Of a stretch of DNA of 64,000 bases, positions 47,831 to 57,045 are shown piece after piece. The notes beneath the pieces were generated by a model, which saw only the letters and a program-made list of their open reading frames with translations, made no database searches and was not told the origin of the DNA. This DNA is from a virus (taxonomy: Duplodnaviria; Caudoviricetes). The DNA is taken from IMG/VR virus record IMGVR_UViG_3300027996_003878. The stretch is one strand, 5' to 3'. The position numbers were made by a program, and so were the translations under genes. Every line of letters starts with the position of its first letter. The stretch's first letter is position 1.

Positions 47831-48001
47831 TCAAAAAAAATCAGACGGGTTCATTTCCACTTCAGTCCATTTAAAGTCACAAGCATTGCAAGTGACTAAA
47901 ATGTCCTCATCATGGGCGTAAGCTTCTAGTTTAATTTTGCTTTCACATAAATCATCGTCAAAGCATTTGGGACAGCGAAGTTGAGGTATTTCGTAATGCA
48001 T
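47831..48001 (-). CDS. Small Zn-ribbon protein not in ORF track (56 aa)
   Basis: LRCPKC...VTCNACDFKW. Confidence 0.6.
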   Translation of the reverse strand: MHYEIPQLRCPKCFDDDLCESKIKLEAYAHDEDILVTCNACDFKWTEVEMNPSDFF

Positions 48002-48013
48002 GATTTTATCAAA

Positions 48014-48277
48014 TTATTTGCGATACCAAAGAAATCCGCATTGCCTACATTCACAAACATAAAGGGATAGAGAGCTTAGTTTGTAATGATTTTTATTTAA
48101 ACGATCACATTGAATGCATGGGTCTTTAAATATTTTGACGGCTTTTGCCCTCGTCCCTCCGAGACAATCAGGGAGCCTTATCCAAGCCACACCGCCCTCT
48201 CCAATTAAAAGCATTGCCGGCTCTTCTTTACTTTGTAGCACCGAGCTTTCAGGGCGTTTGATGAAGGTTTCAATCAT
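48014..48277 (-). CDS. Small Cys-rich protein, paralog A
   Basis: PCIQC..HYKL..VCECRQCGFLWY. Confidence 0.65.
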   Translation of the reverse strand: MIETFIKRPESSVLQSKEEPAMLLIGEGGVAWIRLPDCLGGTRAKAVKIFKDPCIQCDRLNKNHYKLSSLSLYVCECRQCGFLWYRK

Positions 48278-48325
48278 TTACTGGTAATCTTTCTTTTTAT
48301 TTTAGATTTGTTAAAACAGTTTTTA

Positions 48326-48553
48326 TTAATCTAGATATCTCAAATACCAAACATATCCATCACATATTTTGCACTTACAAACGCAGACCATCGAGCCTTG
48401 GTAGTTAAAGTCGAGCTTTAAATGATCTTTTAACTCCCCATCCAGACATATTGGGCACTCCTCTCGAACTAAGGCAAGAACAGTTACCAAAGTGCCGCCC
48501 CCGCCGGTTAGTTCCTTTGGCAGGGATATAGTGTAACCATCACCTAATTCCAT
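48326..48553 (-). CDS. Small Cys-rich protein, paralog B
   Basis: ECPIC..HLKL..VCKCKICDGYVWY. Confidence 0.65.
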   Translation of the reverse strand: MELGDGYTISLPKELTGGGGTLVTVLALVREECPICLDGELKDHLKLDFNYQGSMVCVCKCKICDGYVWYLRYLD

Positions 48554-48597
48554 GTAAATATGGAAAAAAAGTAATATAAATTATTTTTTAATTCACC

Positions 48598-48795
48598 TCA
48601 TTCTTCTTGAATGCTTACCCATCCGCCTTCATAAAGATCAATGGCAGTCCGTTGATAAGAACCCTGCAACTTCCAGACAATGCCAGTGTCAATTAATTCT
48701 TGAAAAAAATCTACAACATCTTCAAAATGCTCTTCAAAACTCATCTTGCCTGATTCAAAATCTCTAATTTTTGTAATAATGCTTTTGTTAATCAT
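48598..48795 (-). CDS. Conserved phage-type small protein (likely start 48795)
   Basis: GGAGG RBS; FQELIDTGIVWKLQGSYQRTA. Confidence 0.7.
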   Translation of the reverse strand: MINKSIITKIRDFESGKMSFEEHFEDVVDFFQELIDTGIVWKLQGSYQRTAIDLYEGGWVSIQEE

Positions 48796-48823
48796 TTTGC
48801 CTCCTGTAATTTGGTATAATACC

Positions 48824-48851
48824 ATTATAACCACACAGCGCGATAAGTCAA
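48824..48851 (-). promoter_or_regulatory. Sigma70-type promoter
   Basis: TTGACT-16 bp-TATAAT. Confidence 0.7.
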
Positions 48852-49000
48852 GTAAATTCCATTGCGATATTACTTTTTAGAAAAGTTTCGATGTTATTAA
48901 AAAACAACAGTGCTTAGAGCATGATTGTTTTTTTTCTTTTAGAGCAATTTTTAATGTATTTTGAGATGATATATAATGTTTTGCTTGTAGGGGAATTATT

Positions 49001-49672
49001 TTGAAAAATAATGTTTTAATATTTGGACTAAGCGATTCGAGTTCATTAGCGCATTTTTACTTTAATAACGATTCTGATTATAATGTAATTGGCTTTACGG
49101 TATCAGGCGAGTACCTTCCTGAAGACGGCTTGTTTGAAGGAAAGCCCGTATATGATTGGGATAATATAAATAAGCATGAAGAGCTAAATCCTAATAGTAC
49201 AAAATTATTTGCTCCACTTTATCACAACGGTATGAACTCTTTTAGAGAGCTTATTTATAATAAAGGAAAAGAGCAAGGTTATTCTTTTGCTTCGTATATT
49301 AGCTCAAAGGCAACTGTCTGGCAACCTAATCTAATTGGTGAAAACTGTTTCATCTTAGAGGATAACACAATTCAGCCTTATACTAGGATTGGTAATAACT
49401 GCGTTTTATGGAGCGGCAATCATATAGGTCATCATAGTGAAGTTAAAGATCACAATTATTTTACATCTCATGTTGTTCTATCAGGTCATTGTGTTGTTGA
49501 GCCTTATTGTTTTTTAGGCGTTAACTCAACAATTCGTAATGGCATAACAATTGCCAAAGGATCACTAATTGCAATGGGCGCAGCTGTGACAAAAAGCACC
49601 GAGCCTTGGGGTGTTTATAAAGGAACTCCGGCAAAAAAGGGCAAAGTTCTTAGCAAAGATTTAAAGTTTTAA
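49001..49672 (+). CDS. NeuD/PglD-family sugar acetyltransferase (hexapeptide repeats)
   Basis: TTG start; IGENCFI..IGNNCVLWSGNHIGHH..IAKGSLIAMGAAVTK..GTPAK. Confidence 0.9.
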   Translation: MKNNVLIFGLSDSSSLAHFYFNNDSDYNVIGFTVSGEYLPEDGLFEGKPVYDWDNINKHEELNPNSTKLFAPLYHNGMNSFRELIYNKGKEQGYSFASYISSKATVWQPNLIGENCFILEDNTIQPYTRIGNNCVLWSGNHIGHHSEVKDHNYFTSHVVLSGHCVVEPYCFLGVNSTIRNGITIAKGSLIAMGAAVTKSTEPWGVYKGTPAKKGKVLSKDLKF

Positions 49673-50601
49673 TGCAAAAGTGGCAAAAAAAAGGATTAAT
49701 ATATTGCACGGATGGGAGTGCTTTATGGAGCAGAAGTCACGCGCAGGTTCCTGTCGTTTTGGATATGCCAAGCTGTTGGCGAATTTATTATGCGACAAGA
49801 AATGAGGCAGGGCAAAGTAGTATTTCTTTTATTGATGTAACGAAGGGGCGTCCAGAGAATATATTATATTGTCACTCAAAGCCTGTTTTTGAGTCAGGCA
49901 AAATCGGCGCTTTTGATGACTGTGGCGTCATGCCGTCATCTTTCATACAAAAAGATGATAAAATATTTATGTACTATATAGGCTGGTCGGTTAGGAGTAC
50001 TATTCCATATCACAATTCAATTGGACTGGCCGTTAGCTCTGAAGGTAATAGTTTCAAGCGAGTTTTTGAGGGTCCCATAGTTGCTCCAAACCATTTGGAG
50101 CCTTACTTCACCGGCACATCTTGGGTTATGAATGATGAGGGTGTGTTTAGAATGTGGTACTTGTCTTGTACCAGGTGGGACTGCACAGATAGTGGTAAAT
50201 ATGAGCCAGCTTATCATATAAAATATGCAGAGTCTAAGGATGGTATAACTTGGACTAGAGAGGGGGCAGTGGCTATTGATTATAAAGAAAATGAAATGGC
50301 AATTGCGAATGCTTGTGTAATTAAGGAATTAAGTCTATACAAAATGTGGTATTGTTATAGAGGAGGGGCGGATTACCGAACTAACCCCAATACAAGTTAT
50401 AAAATTGGCTATGCAGAATCTGTAAATGCAAAAGAGTGGTTGAGAAAAGATGAAGAGGTTGATCTGTCTACCTCACACGACGGCTGGGACTCAACGATGT
50501 TAGCTTATCCTAATGTCATAAAGCATGATGGTAAACTTTACTTATTTTACAATGGTAATGGATTTGGAAAATCCGGCTTTGGGTACGCTATTTTAAATTA
50601 A
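49672..50601 (+). CDS. Five-bladed beta-propeller glycoside hydrolase-like protein (GH43/32/130-like)
   Basis: Repeated P.V...MYY/MWY blades; FDDCGVMP; YPNV..LFYNGNGFG. Confidence 0.75.
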   Translation: MQKWQKKGLIYCTDGSALWSRSHAQVPVVLDMPSCWRIYYATRNEAGQSSISFIDVTKGRPENILYCHSKPVFESGKIGAFDDCGVMPSSFIQKDDKIFMYYIGWSVRSTIPYHNSIGLAVSSEGNSFKRVFEGPIVAPNHLEPYFTGTSWVMNDEGVFRMWYLSCTRWDCTDSGKYEPAYHIKYAESKDGITWTREGAVAIDYKENEMAIANACVIKELSLYKMWYCYRGGADYRTNPNTSYKIGYAESVNAKEWLRKDEEVDLSTSHDGWDSTMLAYPNVIKHDGKLYLFYNGNGFGKSGFGYAILN

Positions 50602-50675
50602 ATTAATGAGCAAAAAAATTAAACACGCTAATAGTTTAAAAATTAGAACGAGTAATAGAACGTAGGGGTTTTCCT

Positions 50676-51458
50676 GTGAGTAACGAAAAACAGGCGTTTA
50701 ACAGAGATGGTTTTTTGCTTAAAAAAAATTTTTTAAGCAAAACTAATGTAAAAACAATTTTAAAATCTGCTAAGTCAGTTTTCAAACCGCACCTATCGCC
50801 AGAATTAACATTTAAAGACGGCATGGTTAGGCTATTTAACGAAGATTTAAATGCCTTTATTAACTGTGGTAAAATTTGCCAACATACCGTTGATCTTCAC
50901 AAGCTATGCGTTAGCGATAAGATGATGTCGCAAATTAAAAAACTAGGAATTGAAAGTCCTGTCATATGCACAAGGCCTGTGTTGTTTTTCAATTCAAGAT
51001 CCCTAGCAAAGTCAGAAGTGTATTACAAAACGCCTCCTCATCAAGATTGGCGCAGCATGCAAGGGTCACTAAATGCCATTGTAGTGTGGGTGCCATTAGT
51101 CGATATAAACATAGACTTAGGCGCTTTAGAAGTTATACCTGGAAGTCATAAGTGGGGGTTAGTGGCGGGTGATCTCGAAAACGGGTTTGGAACTTGTAAA
51201 GATGTATCCGACGATCAATTTACTAGTATTAAAGTAGAGGCGGGCGATGTGTTGTTTTTTTCAGCATTCTTGGTGCATCGATCTGGAAACAACGTTACAG
51301 AGCGTATAAGGTGGTCATGTCACTTTAGATATAATGATTTAAATGAAGCAACATTTAAAGATAGAAAATACCCTTGTCCATATAAATATGGCCCACAACC
51401 AGAGCTTATAACGCCTAACTTTCCAAACAAAGAATTACTATTGGAGCAATTTAAATGA
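50676..51458 (+). CDS. PhyH-family Fe(II)/2OG dioxygenase
   Basis: TPPHQDW (HxD), GALEVIPGSH, LVHRSG.N...R. Confidence 0.88.
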   Translation: MSNEKQAFNRDGFLLKKNFLSKTNVKTILKSAKSVFKPHLSPELTFKDGMVRLFNEDLNAFINCGKICQHTVDLHKLCVSDKMMSQIKKLGIESPVICTRPVLFFNSRSLAKSEVYYKTPPHQDWRSMQGSLNAIVVWVPLVDINIDLGALEVIPGSHKWGLVAGDLENGFGTCKDVSDDQFTSIKVEAGDVLFFSAFLVHRSGNNVTERIRWSCHFRYNDLNEATFKDRKYPCPYKYGPQPELITPNFPNKELLLEQFK

Positions 51459-52162
51459 GCAGAGATACAGTCAAAAGAAATGTCAGAGGAATAAATCTAA
51501 CACTATTGGCAAGCACAGGTCCTCTAATTAAATTCTCTAAAATGGACAAAGAAATAGAAGTCTTAGATTTTATAGATCAAATAAAGGCAGGAGAGGTTCT
51601 TTATGACTTAGGCTCTTGTGATGGTAGATTTGCTGTCTATGCAGCTAGTAAAAAAATATTATGTTATGCCTTTGAGCCTGAGCAAAAGAATTATGGTGTA
51701 CTTGTAAAAAACTTACAGCTAAATAAAGTTGGAAGCCATTTAAAGCCATTTCAATTAGCTGTAGGAGAGTACGATCATGAATCTCAAATTATTATTGGCG
51801 GAGCTGGCGCAGCTGGGGGTCACCAAAGAATAGTGGCAGATGCAGAAGGAGGTCGGGACGATTTAAAGATAAAGGGACAAAAGGACAAAATAAAAGTTGT
51901 CTCTTTAGATAGCGCTATAAAGAAACACAATCTAAAGAAGCCAGATTATCTTAAAATAGATATAGACGGCTCTGAGCTTTCATTTATCAAAGGGGCTGAC
52001 AGTACGTTTGCCGACAAACAGCTTAAAAAAATAATTTTCGAACTTAATCCGAATGATTCGAGCTATAATACAATTATTAAGTTTTTAAATAAGCATGGAT
52101 TTATTGAAAGCTCTAGATACAAAGTGAATCAATGGTTATTTAATATAATCTTTTCAAGATAA
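51455..52162 (+). CDS. FkbM-family methyltransferase
   Basis: YDLGSCDG, YAFEP, LKIDIDGSE. Confidence 0.85.
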   Translation: MSRDTVKRNVRGINLTLLASTGPLIKFSKMDKEIEVLDFIDQIKAGEVLYDLGSCDGRFAVYAASKKILCYAFEPEQKNYGVLVKNLQLNKVGSHLKPFQLAVGEYDHESQIIIGGAGAAGGHQRIVADAEGGRDDLKIKGQKDKIKVVSLDSAIKKHNLKKPDYLKIDIDGSELSFIKGADSTFADKQLKKIIFELNPNDSSYNTIIKFLNKHGFIESSRYKVNQWLFNIIFSR

Positions 52163-52834
52163 AGTATATTCATGCAAATAACTTTGAATTGATTCCTTCT
52201 TACAGTGCATAAGAATATCAATTATTGATAAGGATTGATTCTCATAATCAATCTTTTTCATTTGTATAAAATTTAACTTTATACCTTGCCTTTCAAAGAT
52301 ATCATAGTCATAAAGATCCCTTCCACCCGTGGGGTTTATATAATGACTGGCAGATGAATCTTTACATATTTTTAATATGCGTTGCTGACCTCGAAGGTCA
52401 CTTGTATTGTAATCCTGAGAGCTGTCTATAAGATTAGTATTTATTTCAAGATATTTACATATATTACCAATACCCTTTTTACAAATTTCAGAAAGATAGG
52501 AAGTATTAGTTTCTAGTGCGTCTTTAACGAGGGCATTAACCGCTTCAAAATTTATTGCAGATCCATAGGCGTGACGTAATGTTTTCAATAATTTATTACG
52601 CCACTTTTCATCAGCAACAATTTTTACTTCATTTATCTTTTGAAACTGACTGGATTTGCTGGTTGAGGCTCCAAAGTATATGATGCCCGATTTAGTCATA
52701 ATTCTATTTCTATGAATCCAACCTCTTTTTATATAATTTACATTATCTAAGAATATAAATTGATCAACGGCATGAATAAGCTGAAAATACCCTAAATAAG
52801 GAAAAAAGTAAGGCTGCATAATAGCTGTTTTCAT
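52154..52834 (-). CDS. WbqC-family protein
   Basis: IMQPYFFPYLGYFQLI..D.F.FLDNV..WIHRNRI; YINPTGG; LSIIDILM. Confidence 0.92.
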   Translation of the reverse strand: MKTAIMQPYFFPYLGYFQLIHAVDQFIFLDNVNYIKRGWIHRNRIMTKSGIIYFGASTSKSSQFQKINEVKIVADEKWRNKLLKTLRHAYGSAINFEAVNALVKDALETNTSYLSEICKKGIGNICKYLEINTNLIDSSQDYNTSDLRGQQRILKICKDSSASHYINPTGGRDLYDYDIFERQGIKLNFIQMKKIDYENQSLSIIDILMHCKKESIQSYLHEYTLS

Positions 52835-53868
52835 ATCATCTCTGAGTATGTGTTAATCGCATCAATAATACCGTTGACCTCATTTTCTTTCAATGAGCTA
52901 TATAGTGGGAAGTTAACTATTTTATCATACAACATCATTGAATTAGGTAGCGCTTTTAATGGTTTATAATATTTTTGGGCAATGATACTAAAAGATTTAA
53001 AAGAGTTATGATCTGTTTTGTCTAAAAATATAATCGGTAAGTTTCCATAAACTACCTCGGACGTGTAACCTAAAGGGCGAGCTTTATTTTTATCTTTTAT
53101 GCCGTCAAGTATTACATTTTGAATCTCTATATGTTTATCTAAATCATAATTATCTATGTGCTGAATAATAAATGCAGCTGAAATATCAGACATTTTAAAA
53201 TTTGAAGATAATTTATCATGCTCTCTGGCGTCATAAAATCCAAAATTGGCAATTGCGTTTAAGGCATTGTAATCTTCTTTGGGGGCGACAGCGAAACCGC
53301 CCTCACCAAAGCCAAGAAACTTGGTATGGTGGAGGCTGCCGAAAGAATAATTTCCAAAATTACATATATTAACGCCATTTATTGCGCTCATAGGGGAGCT
53401 TGCATTGTCTAGTATCAAAAACTTATTATTAGCTCTGCAAAAGTCCTCCCATGCTTTTAGGTCACTTGTAGCTCCAAAGAGATTGGTAATTATTACTCCA
53501 GATACATCTTTCAACAATAGCTCGTCCATCGGCAATGTAAATGTTCCTTGGTCGATATCACAAATAGAAACATCTGCTATTCCCTCCCCTCCTACTACCG
53601 CAGAGGGGAAAGTGAATGCGGGGGTAATCCATTTCGTTGCATTGTACTTCTTTCTACATAGAAACATAATTGCATGAAGCGCTGTTGTCCCATTATTAAA
53701 ACATACAACTTTTTTATCACAAGAAATATTTAAGAGCTTTGCAAGCTTCTTTTCCAGTGACCCCTTGACTGGACCATTATTTGTAAAATGATTTAATGCT
53801 TGAGATATTGATAATAAATCTTTTACTTTTTCATAGTCTATAGCTTTGCTTTCTATATAATTAATCAT
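52831..53868 (-). CDS. DegT/DnrJ/EryC1/StrS sugar aminotransferase
   Basis: FTNNGP, NNGTTAL, PAFTF, ILDNASS, SLHHTKFLGFGEGG, NFKMSDISAA. Confidence 0.9.
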   Translation of the reverse strand: MINYIESKAIDYEKVKDLLSISQALNHFTNNGPVKGSLEKKLAKLLNISCDKKVVCFNNGTTALHAIMFLCRKKYNATKWITPAFTFPSAVVGGEGIADVSICDIDQGTFTLPMDELLLKDVSGVIITNLFGATSDLKAWEDFCRANNKFLILDNASSPMSAINGVNICNFGNYSFGSLHHTKFLGFGEGGFAVAPKEDYNALNAIANFGFYDAREHDKLSSNFKMSDISAAFIIQHIDNYDLDKHIEIQNVILDGIKDKNKARPLGYTSEVVYGNLPIIFLDKTDHNSFKSFSIIAQKYYKPLKALPNSMMLYDKIVNFPLYSSLKENEVNGIIDAINTYSEMI

Positions 53869-53919
53869 TCTATGGTTATATATATCAAGTTGATAGGTAT
53901 AACGGCGTATAATTTAAGT

Positions 53920-54840
53920 ATGTCAAAAGATCGATTTATTAAAAGATTCCCGCTATTTAAAGGCTCCTCGTTAGAGGTTGGCCGTCCGACAATTGATTAT
54001 TTTATAAATCGCATAAAGAATAAAGATTATTTTTCTTTAGTTAGATTTCAAATTGAATATTGGAAAATGGTTCGTATCGCCCTACAGTCGATGGGTTACC
54101 CCGGTCTTTCGGCTCCTAAGATTTTAAAAAAGGACTCACAATTTGCTGAAAAGCTTGGCTCTGCAATGTTGCGTACATTTGATAATGTTCAGGAGGTAAA
54201 TGGAGATAGGCCTTGGGAATTTAGCGAGCGAGTATTTGCAGATCATATCAAAATGATAATATCAAATAAGCCAAATAATTTCTTCTTATCTGTTAGCGAC
54301 AAATCTGTTTATTTGAAAGATAATACGCCGGATGTAGGTAATAAATGGATGGCTGATCTTATAAAGGAACTGATACCTGATAGTGAGGTGCCTCTTTTAT
54401 CAACTATATGGCGAAGATGGGCTCAAAATGGTGAAATACAACGACTTATGGATCTTTGCAAAGACAGGGCGGTTGTAGTTGTAGGCCCTTACTATTATGA
54501 AAAGTTTGGTAAAAAATTAGGTTTCAACAATTGTCATTACGTAAGAATAGATCTTTTCAAAGCTTGCCTGCAAGTACATGAAACTTATATAAACATAAAA
54601 AAATTACATAATAAATTATTAAAAACAAATGATGATGTAATATATTTATTTGCAGGAGGATCAGCCGGAGCATGGTTGATAGATAAACTACACAACCAGA
54701 TTCCAAGAGCTTTTATGATTGAGTTTGGGAGAGCGCTTGATGTATACTTTTACAACGATCCAGTAAGGTGGAAAAGTGAAAAATGGGTTTTTGGCTATTG
54801 GATGGATAAGAGACCTCCTACTTGGCTGAAGGGTCGATAA
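53920..54840 (+). CDS. GT-D-fold-like putative glycosyltransferase (likely start 53920)
   Basis: FSLVRF motif, VVVVGP, YLFAGGSAG, IEFGRALD. Confidence 0.55.
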   Translation: MSKDRFIKRFPLFKGSSLEVGRPTIDYFINRIKNKDYFSLVRFQIEYWKMVRIALQSMGYPGLSAPKILKKDSQFAEKLGSAMLRTFDNVQEVNGDRPWEFSERVFADHIKMIISNKPNNFFLSVSDKSVYLKDNTPDVGNKWMADLIKELIPDSEVPLLSTIWRRWAQNGEIQRLMDLCKDRAVVVVGPYYYEKFGKKLGFNNCHYVRIDLFKACLQVHETYINIKKLHNKLLKTNDDVIYLFAGGSAGAWLIDKLHNQIPRAFMIEFGRALDVYFYNDPVRWKSEKWVFGYWMDKRPPTWLKGR

Positions 54841-55577
54841 TTTTACGTACTACTCAGCGTATTTGTTTAAAAATATTTTTATACATTTTCATCATTTTAT
54901 TTCTTTTAAAACATCACATGTCAAATAAAAATAAAAGTCCGTTACCTGAAATATATAAATTTTTATCAAAAACACTACCCAAGATCTCTGCACCTGTAAT
55001 ATTTGAGCTGGGCCTTCATAGAGGAGTAGATACAGAAAGAATTTTTAATTTATGTACGTCTCCTGAATACCATGGATTTGAACCTGATCCCAGAAACATC
55101 AGTGCATTCAAAAAGAAAGATATTTATACAAAAATTACATTCGTTGAGAAGGCAGTTGCGAACTATGACGGCAACGGCACTCTTAATCAGTCAAGCGGCA
55201 CCCCCGAGCATCATAATAGACAGAATAACGCCTCGTCATCCCTGCACAAGCCAAAAGAACATCTAAAGCGCTGGCCTTGGGTTAAGTTTGAAACGCAGGT
55301 TGAAGCTCCGGTCTGCAAGCTAGACACTTATTGTGACACAAATAGTATAAATAGTATAGATTTCATCTGGTGCGACATACAAGGTGGCGAGTATTACATG
55401 ATTCTTGGTGCGCAAAAGATTTTAAGAAAAACAAAATATATCTTTATGGAATATGAAGATACAGCGCTTTATGAGGGCCACAAAATGCTCCCACAAATAA
55501 TGAAAGCTTTACCAGGCAAATGGGAAGTCTTAAAAAAATACCCCGCAGATGTTCTTTTAAAAAATACAGAGATTTGA
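54822..55577 (+). CDS. FkbM-family methyltransferase
   Basis: IFELGLHRG, GFEPDPRN, SSSL, IDFIWCDIQGGE. Confidence 0.85.
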   Translation: MAEGSIILRTTQRICLKIFLYIFIILFLLKHHMSNKNKSPLPEIYKFLSKTLPKISAPVIFELGLHRGVDTERIFNLCTSPEYHGFEPDPRNISAFKKKDIYTKITFVEKAVANYDGNGTLNQSSGTPEHHNRQNNASSSLHKPKEHLKRWPWVKFETQVEAPVCKLDTYCDTNSINSIDFIWCDIQGGEYYMILGAQKILRKTKYIFMEYEDTALYEGHKMLPQIMKALPGKWEVLKKYPADVLLKNTEI

Positions 55578-55589
55578 ATAAGAATAATA

Positions 55590-55823
55590 TTAAAAATCAA
55601 TAAAATATTTTAAATCAAGATAACTAAATTCTTCTTCAAAATAAATTGGCTTAAAGTTAGATTTAGTCAATTCATAAAAAATATAATTTTTATTTTTATA
55701 AGCGTCTTTGGCTTTTAGAGCTTTAGCTTTATTTATAAAAGGACCGTCGATAGTTTTTTTATATGCAACGCCCTCTAGACAGCCAAGAAGTGCATCATTC
55801 CTGCGCTCAATAACCCACCACAT
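55590..55823 (-). CDS. Hypothetical protein
   Basis: 77-aa ORF. Confidence 0.5.
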   Translation of the reverse strand: MWWVIERRNDALLGCLEGVAYKKTIDGPFINKAKALKAKDAYKNKNYIFYELTKSNFKPIYFEEEFSYLDLKYFIDF

Positions 55824-55877
55824 CTATTTAAAGATAAGCATAAAAAAAATAACAATCAAGAGTATTTCAAAATCAAC

Positions 55878-56243
55878 CTAAAAGCCATATGTTTTTTTTG
55901 AATTAAAGGTTGGTTCTAGGTTTATTTCAGGATTATGAGGCACGGGGCCATGCTTGCGCTTTTTTATTAATTCATAGCTCTGATATTTAAATAGCAATGA
56001 TTTTGATGAAAAGCAGTATTTATAATTACAGTCAAATGGGTTTGGCGGAGGTCCATCGGTCAAAGAATTATTTTTGTTTAAAATTGAATTGTTAATGTAA
56101 TGTTCTGCTAGCTCAAATGAGCTAAATGTTGCTAATAATGCTTTATTTTCCACATAATCTGTATAGTTATATTTTGAATATATCCTCACCCTTCCCCACA
56201 ACTCCCATATCCCCTCTCTAATTGTGGTTGAGTTAGCCTTCAT
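55878..56243 (-). CDS. Hypothetical protein
   Basis: 121-aa ORF. Confidence 0.55.
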   Translation of the reverse strand: MKANSTTIREGIWELWGRVRIYSKYNYTDYVENKALLATFSSFELAEHYINNSILNKNNSLTDGPPPNPFDCNYKYCFSSKSLLFKYQSYELIKKRKHGPVPHNPEINLEPTFNSKKTYGF

Positions 56244-56276
56244 ATTTTTTTAATATAACAAATAAGATTTATTTAT

Positions 56277-56804
56277 TCAATGCCTTATACACTCATCGCA
56301 CAGCGTTTTTATCCAGGACAACTCTCTCTCACGACCGGTGGCGCCACACATTTCGCAGATTTCAAATGAAGCATCCTCAGCATCTTGAATTATATCAAAC
56401 ATCTCGTCTGTGGCAAATGTCATGTAAACGCGCAAGCCTCCAAATTTTTCTTTTATTTGGCTGACTTTTGGGAAGTCTGGCTGATACTCATCACACCAGC
56501 ATGCGTAATAGTTGCCAGGAGGATCTGCTTTAGATTTTGGATCAAGATGGATTGCCAAGCATTTACCCGGAGTCAAAGTGCCATAACCATGATGCTTATC
56601 TCTTTCGCAACCACATCCAAAACAAATTAAATCAGGATTTTCGTCAATATAAGATTTTACTAACTTTTCTAACTTACAGCTTAAATTGTAAATAATATCA
56701 AACCAACCATTACAACACTCAAAATGAACTACATCTTTCGAGTGAGTGTCATTGTATAAAATAGGAAAACGATCAATAAGCTTTTGCTCTAAGTCATATC
56801 TCAT
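56277..56804 (-). CDS. Conserved phage-type hypothetical protein (Q.KEKFGGLR family)
   Basis: GWFDII..L, QIKEKFGGLRVY, ICEMCG..WIKTLC; Cys-rich insert. Confidence 0.75.
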   Translation of the reverse strand: MRYDLEQKLIDRFPILYNDTHSKDVVHFECCNGWFDIIYNLSCKLEKLVKSYIDENPDLICFGCGCERDKHHGYGTLTPGKCLAIHLDPKSKADPPGNYYACWCDEYQPDFPKVSQIKEKFGGLRVYMTFATDEMFDIIQDAEDASFEICEMCGATGRERELSWIKTLCDECIRH

Positions 56805-56838
56805 GGCCTACTAAAACATCAAATAATGCCCACAAAAT

Positions 56839-57045
56839 CTATTGAGGTAATACAATTTCCTTCCAAAAGTATTCAAAAAAGGCATGAGCGAAGGTTTGAA
56901 CTATCTGAACAATTAAGGTCACCTTACCAGCTAGACTTATATCTCCTGTGACAATATGAACTGTGACAGACATCATAAGAAAAGACACAATCCTCCACGC
57001 AAGGATTTTGCCGAAAAAATAATATTTTTTATACTTATCACTCAA
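56839..57045 (-). CDS. Stand-alone DUF2061 membrane protein
   Basis: KILAWRIVS..TG...AG..HAFFEYFW. Confidence 0.7.
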   Translation of the reverse strand: MSDKYKKYYFFGKILAWRIVSFLMMSVTVHIVTGDISLAGKVTLIVQIVQTFAHAFFEYFWKEIVLPQ

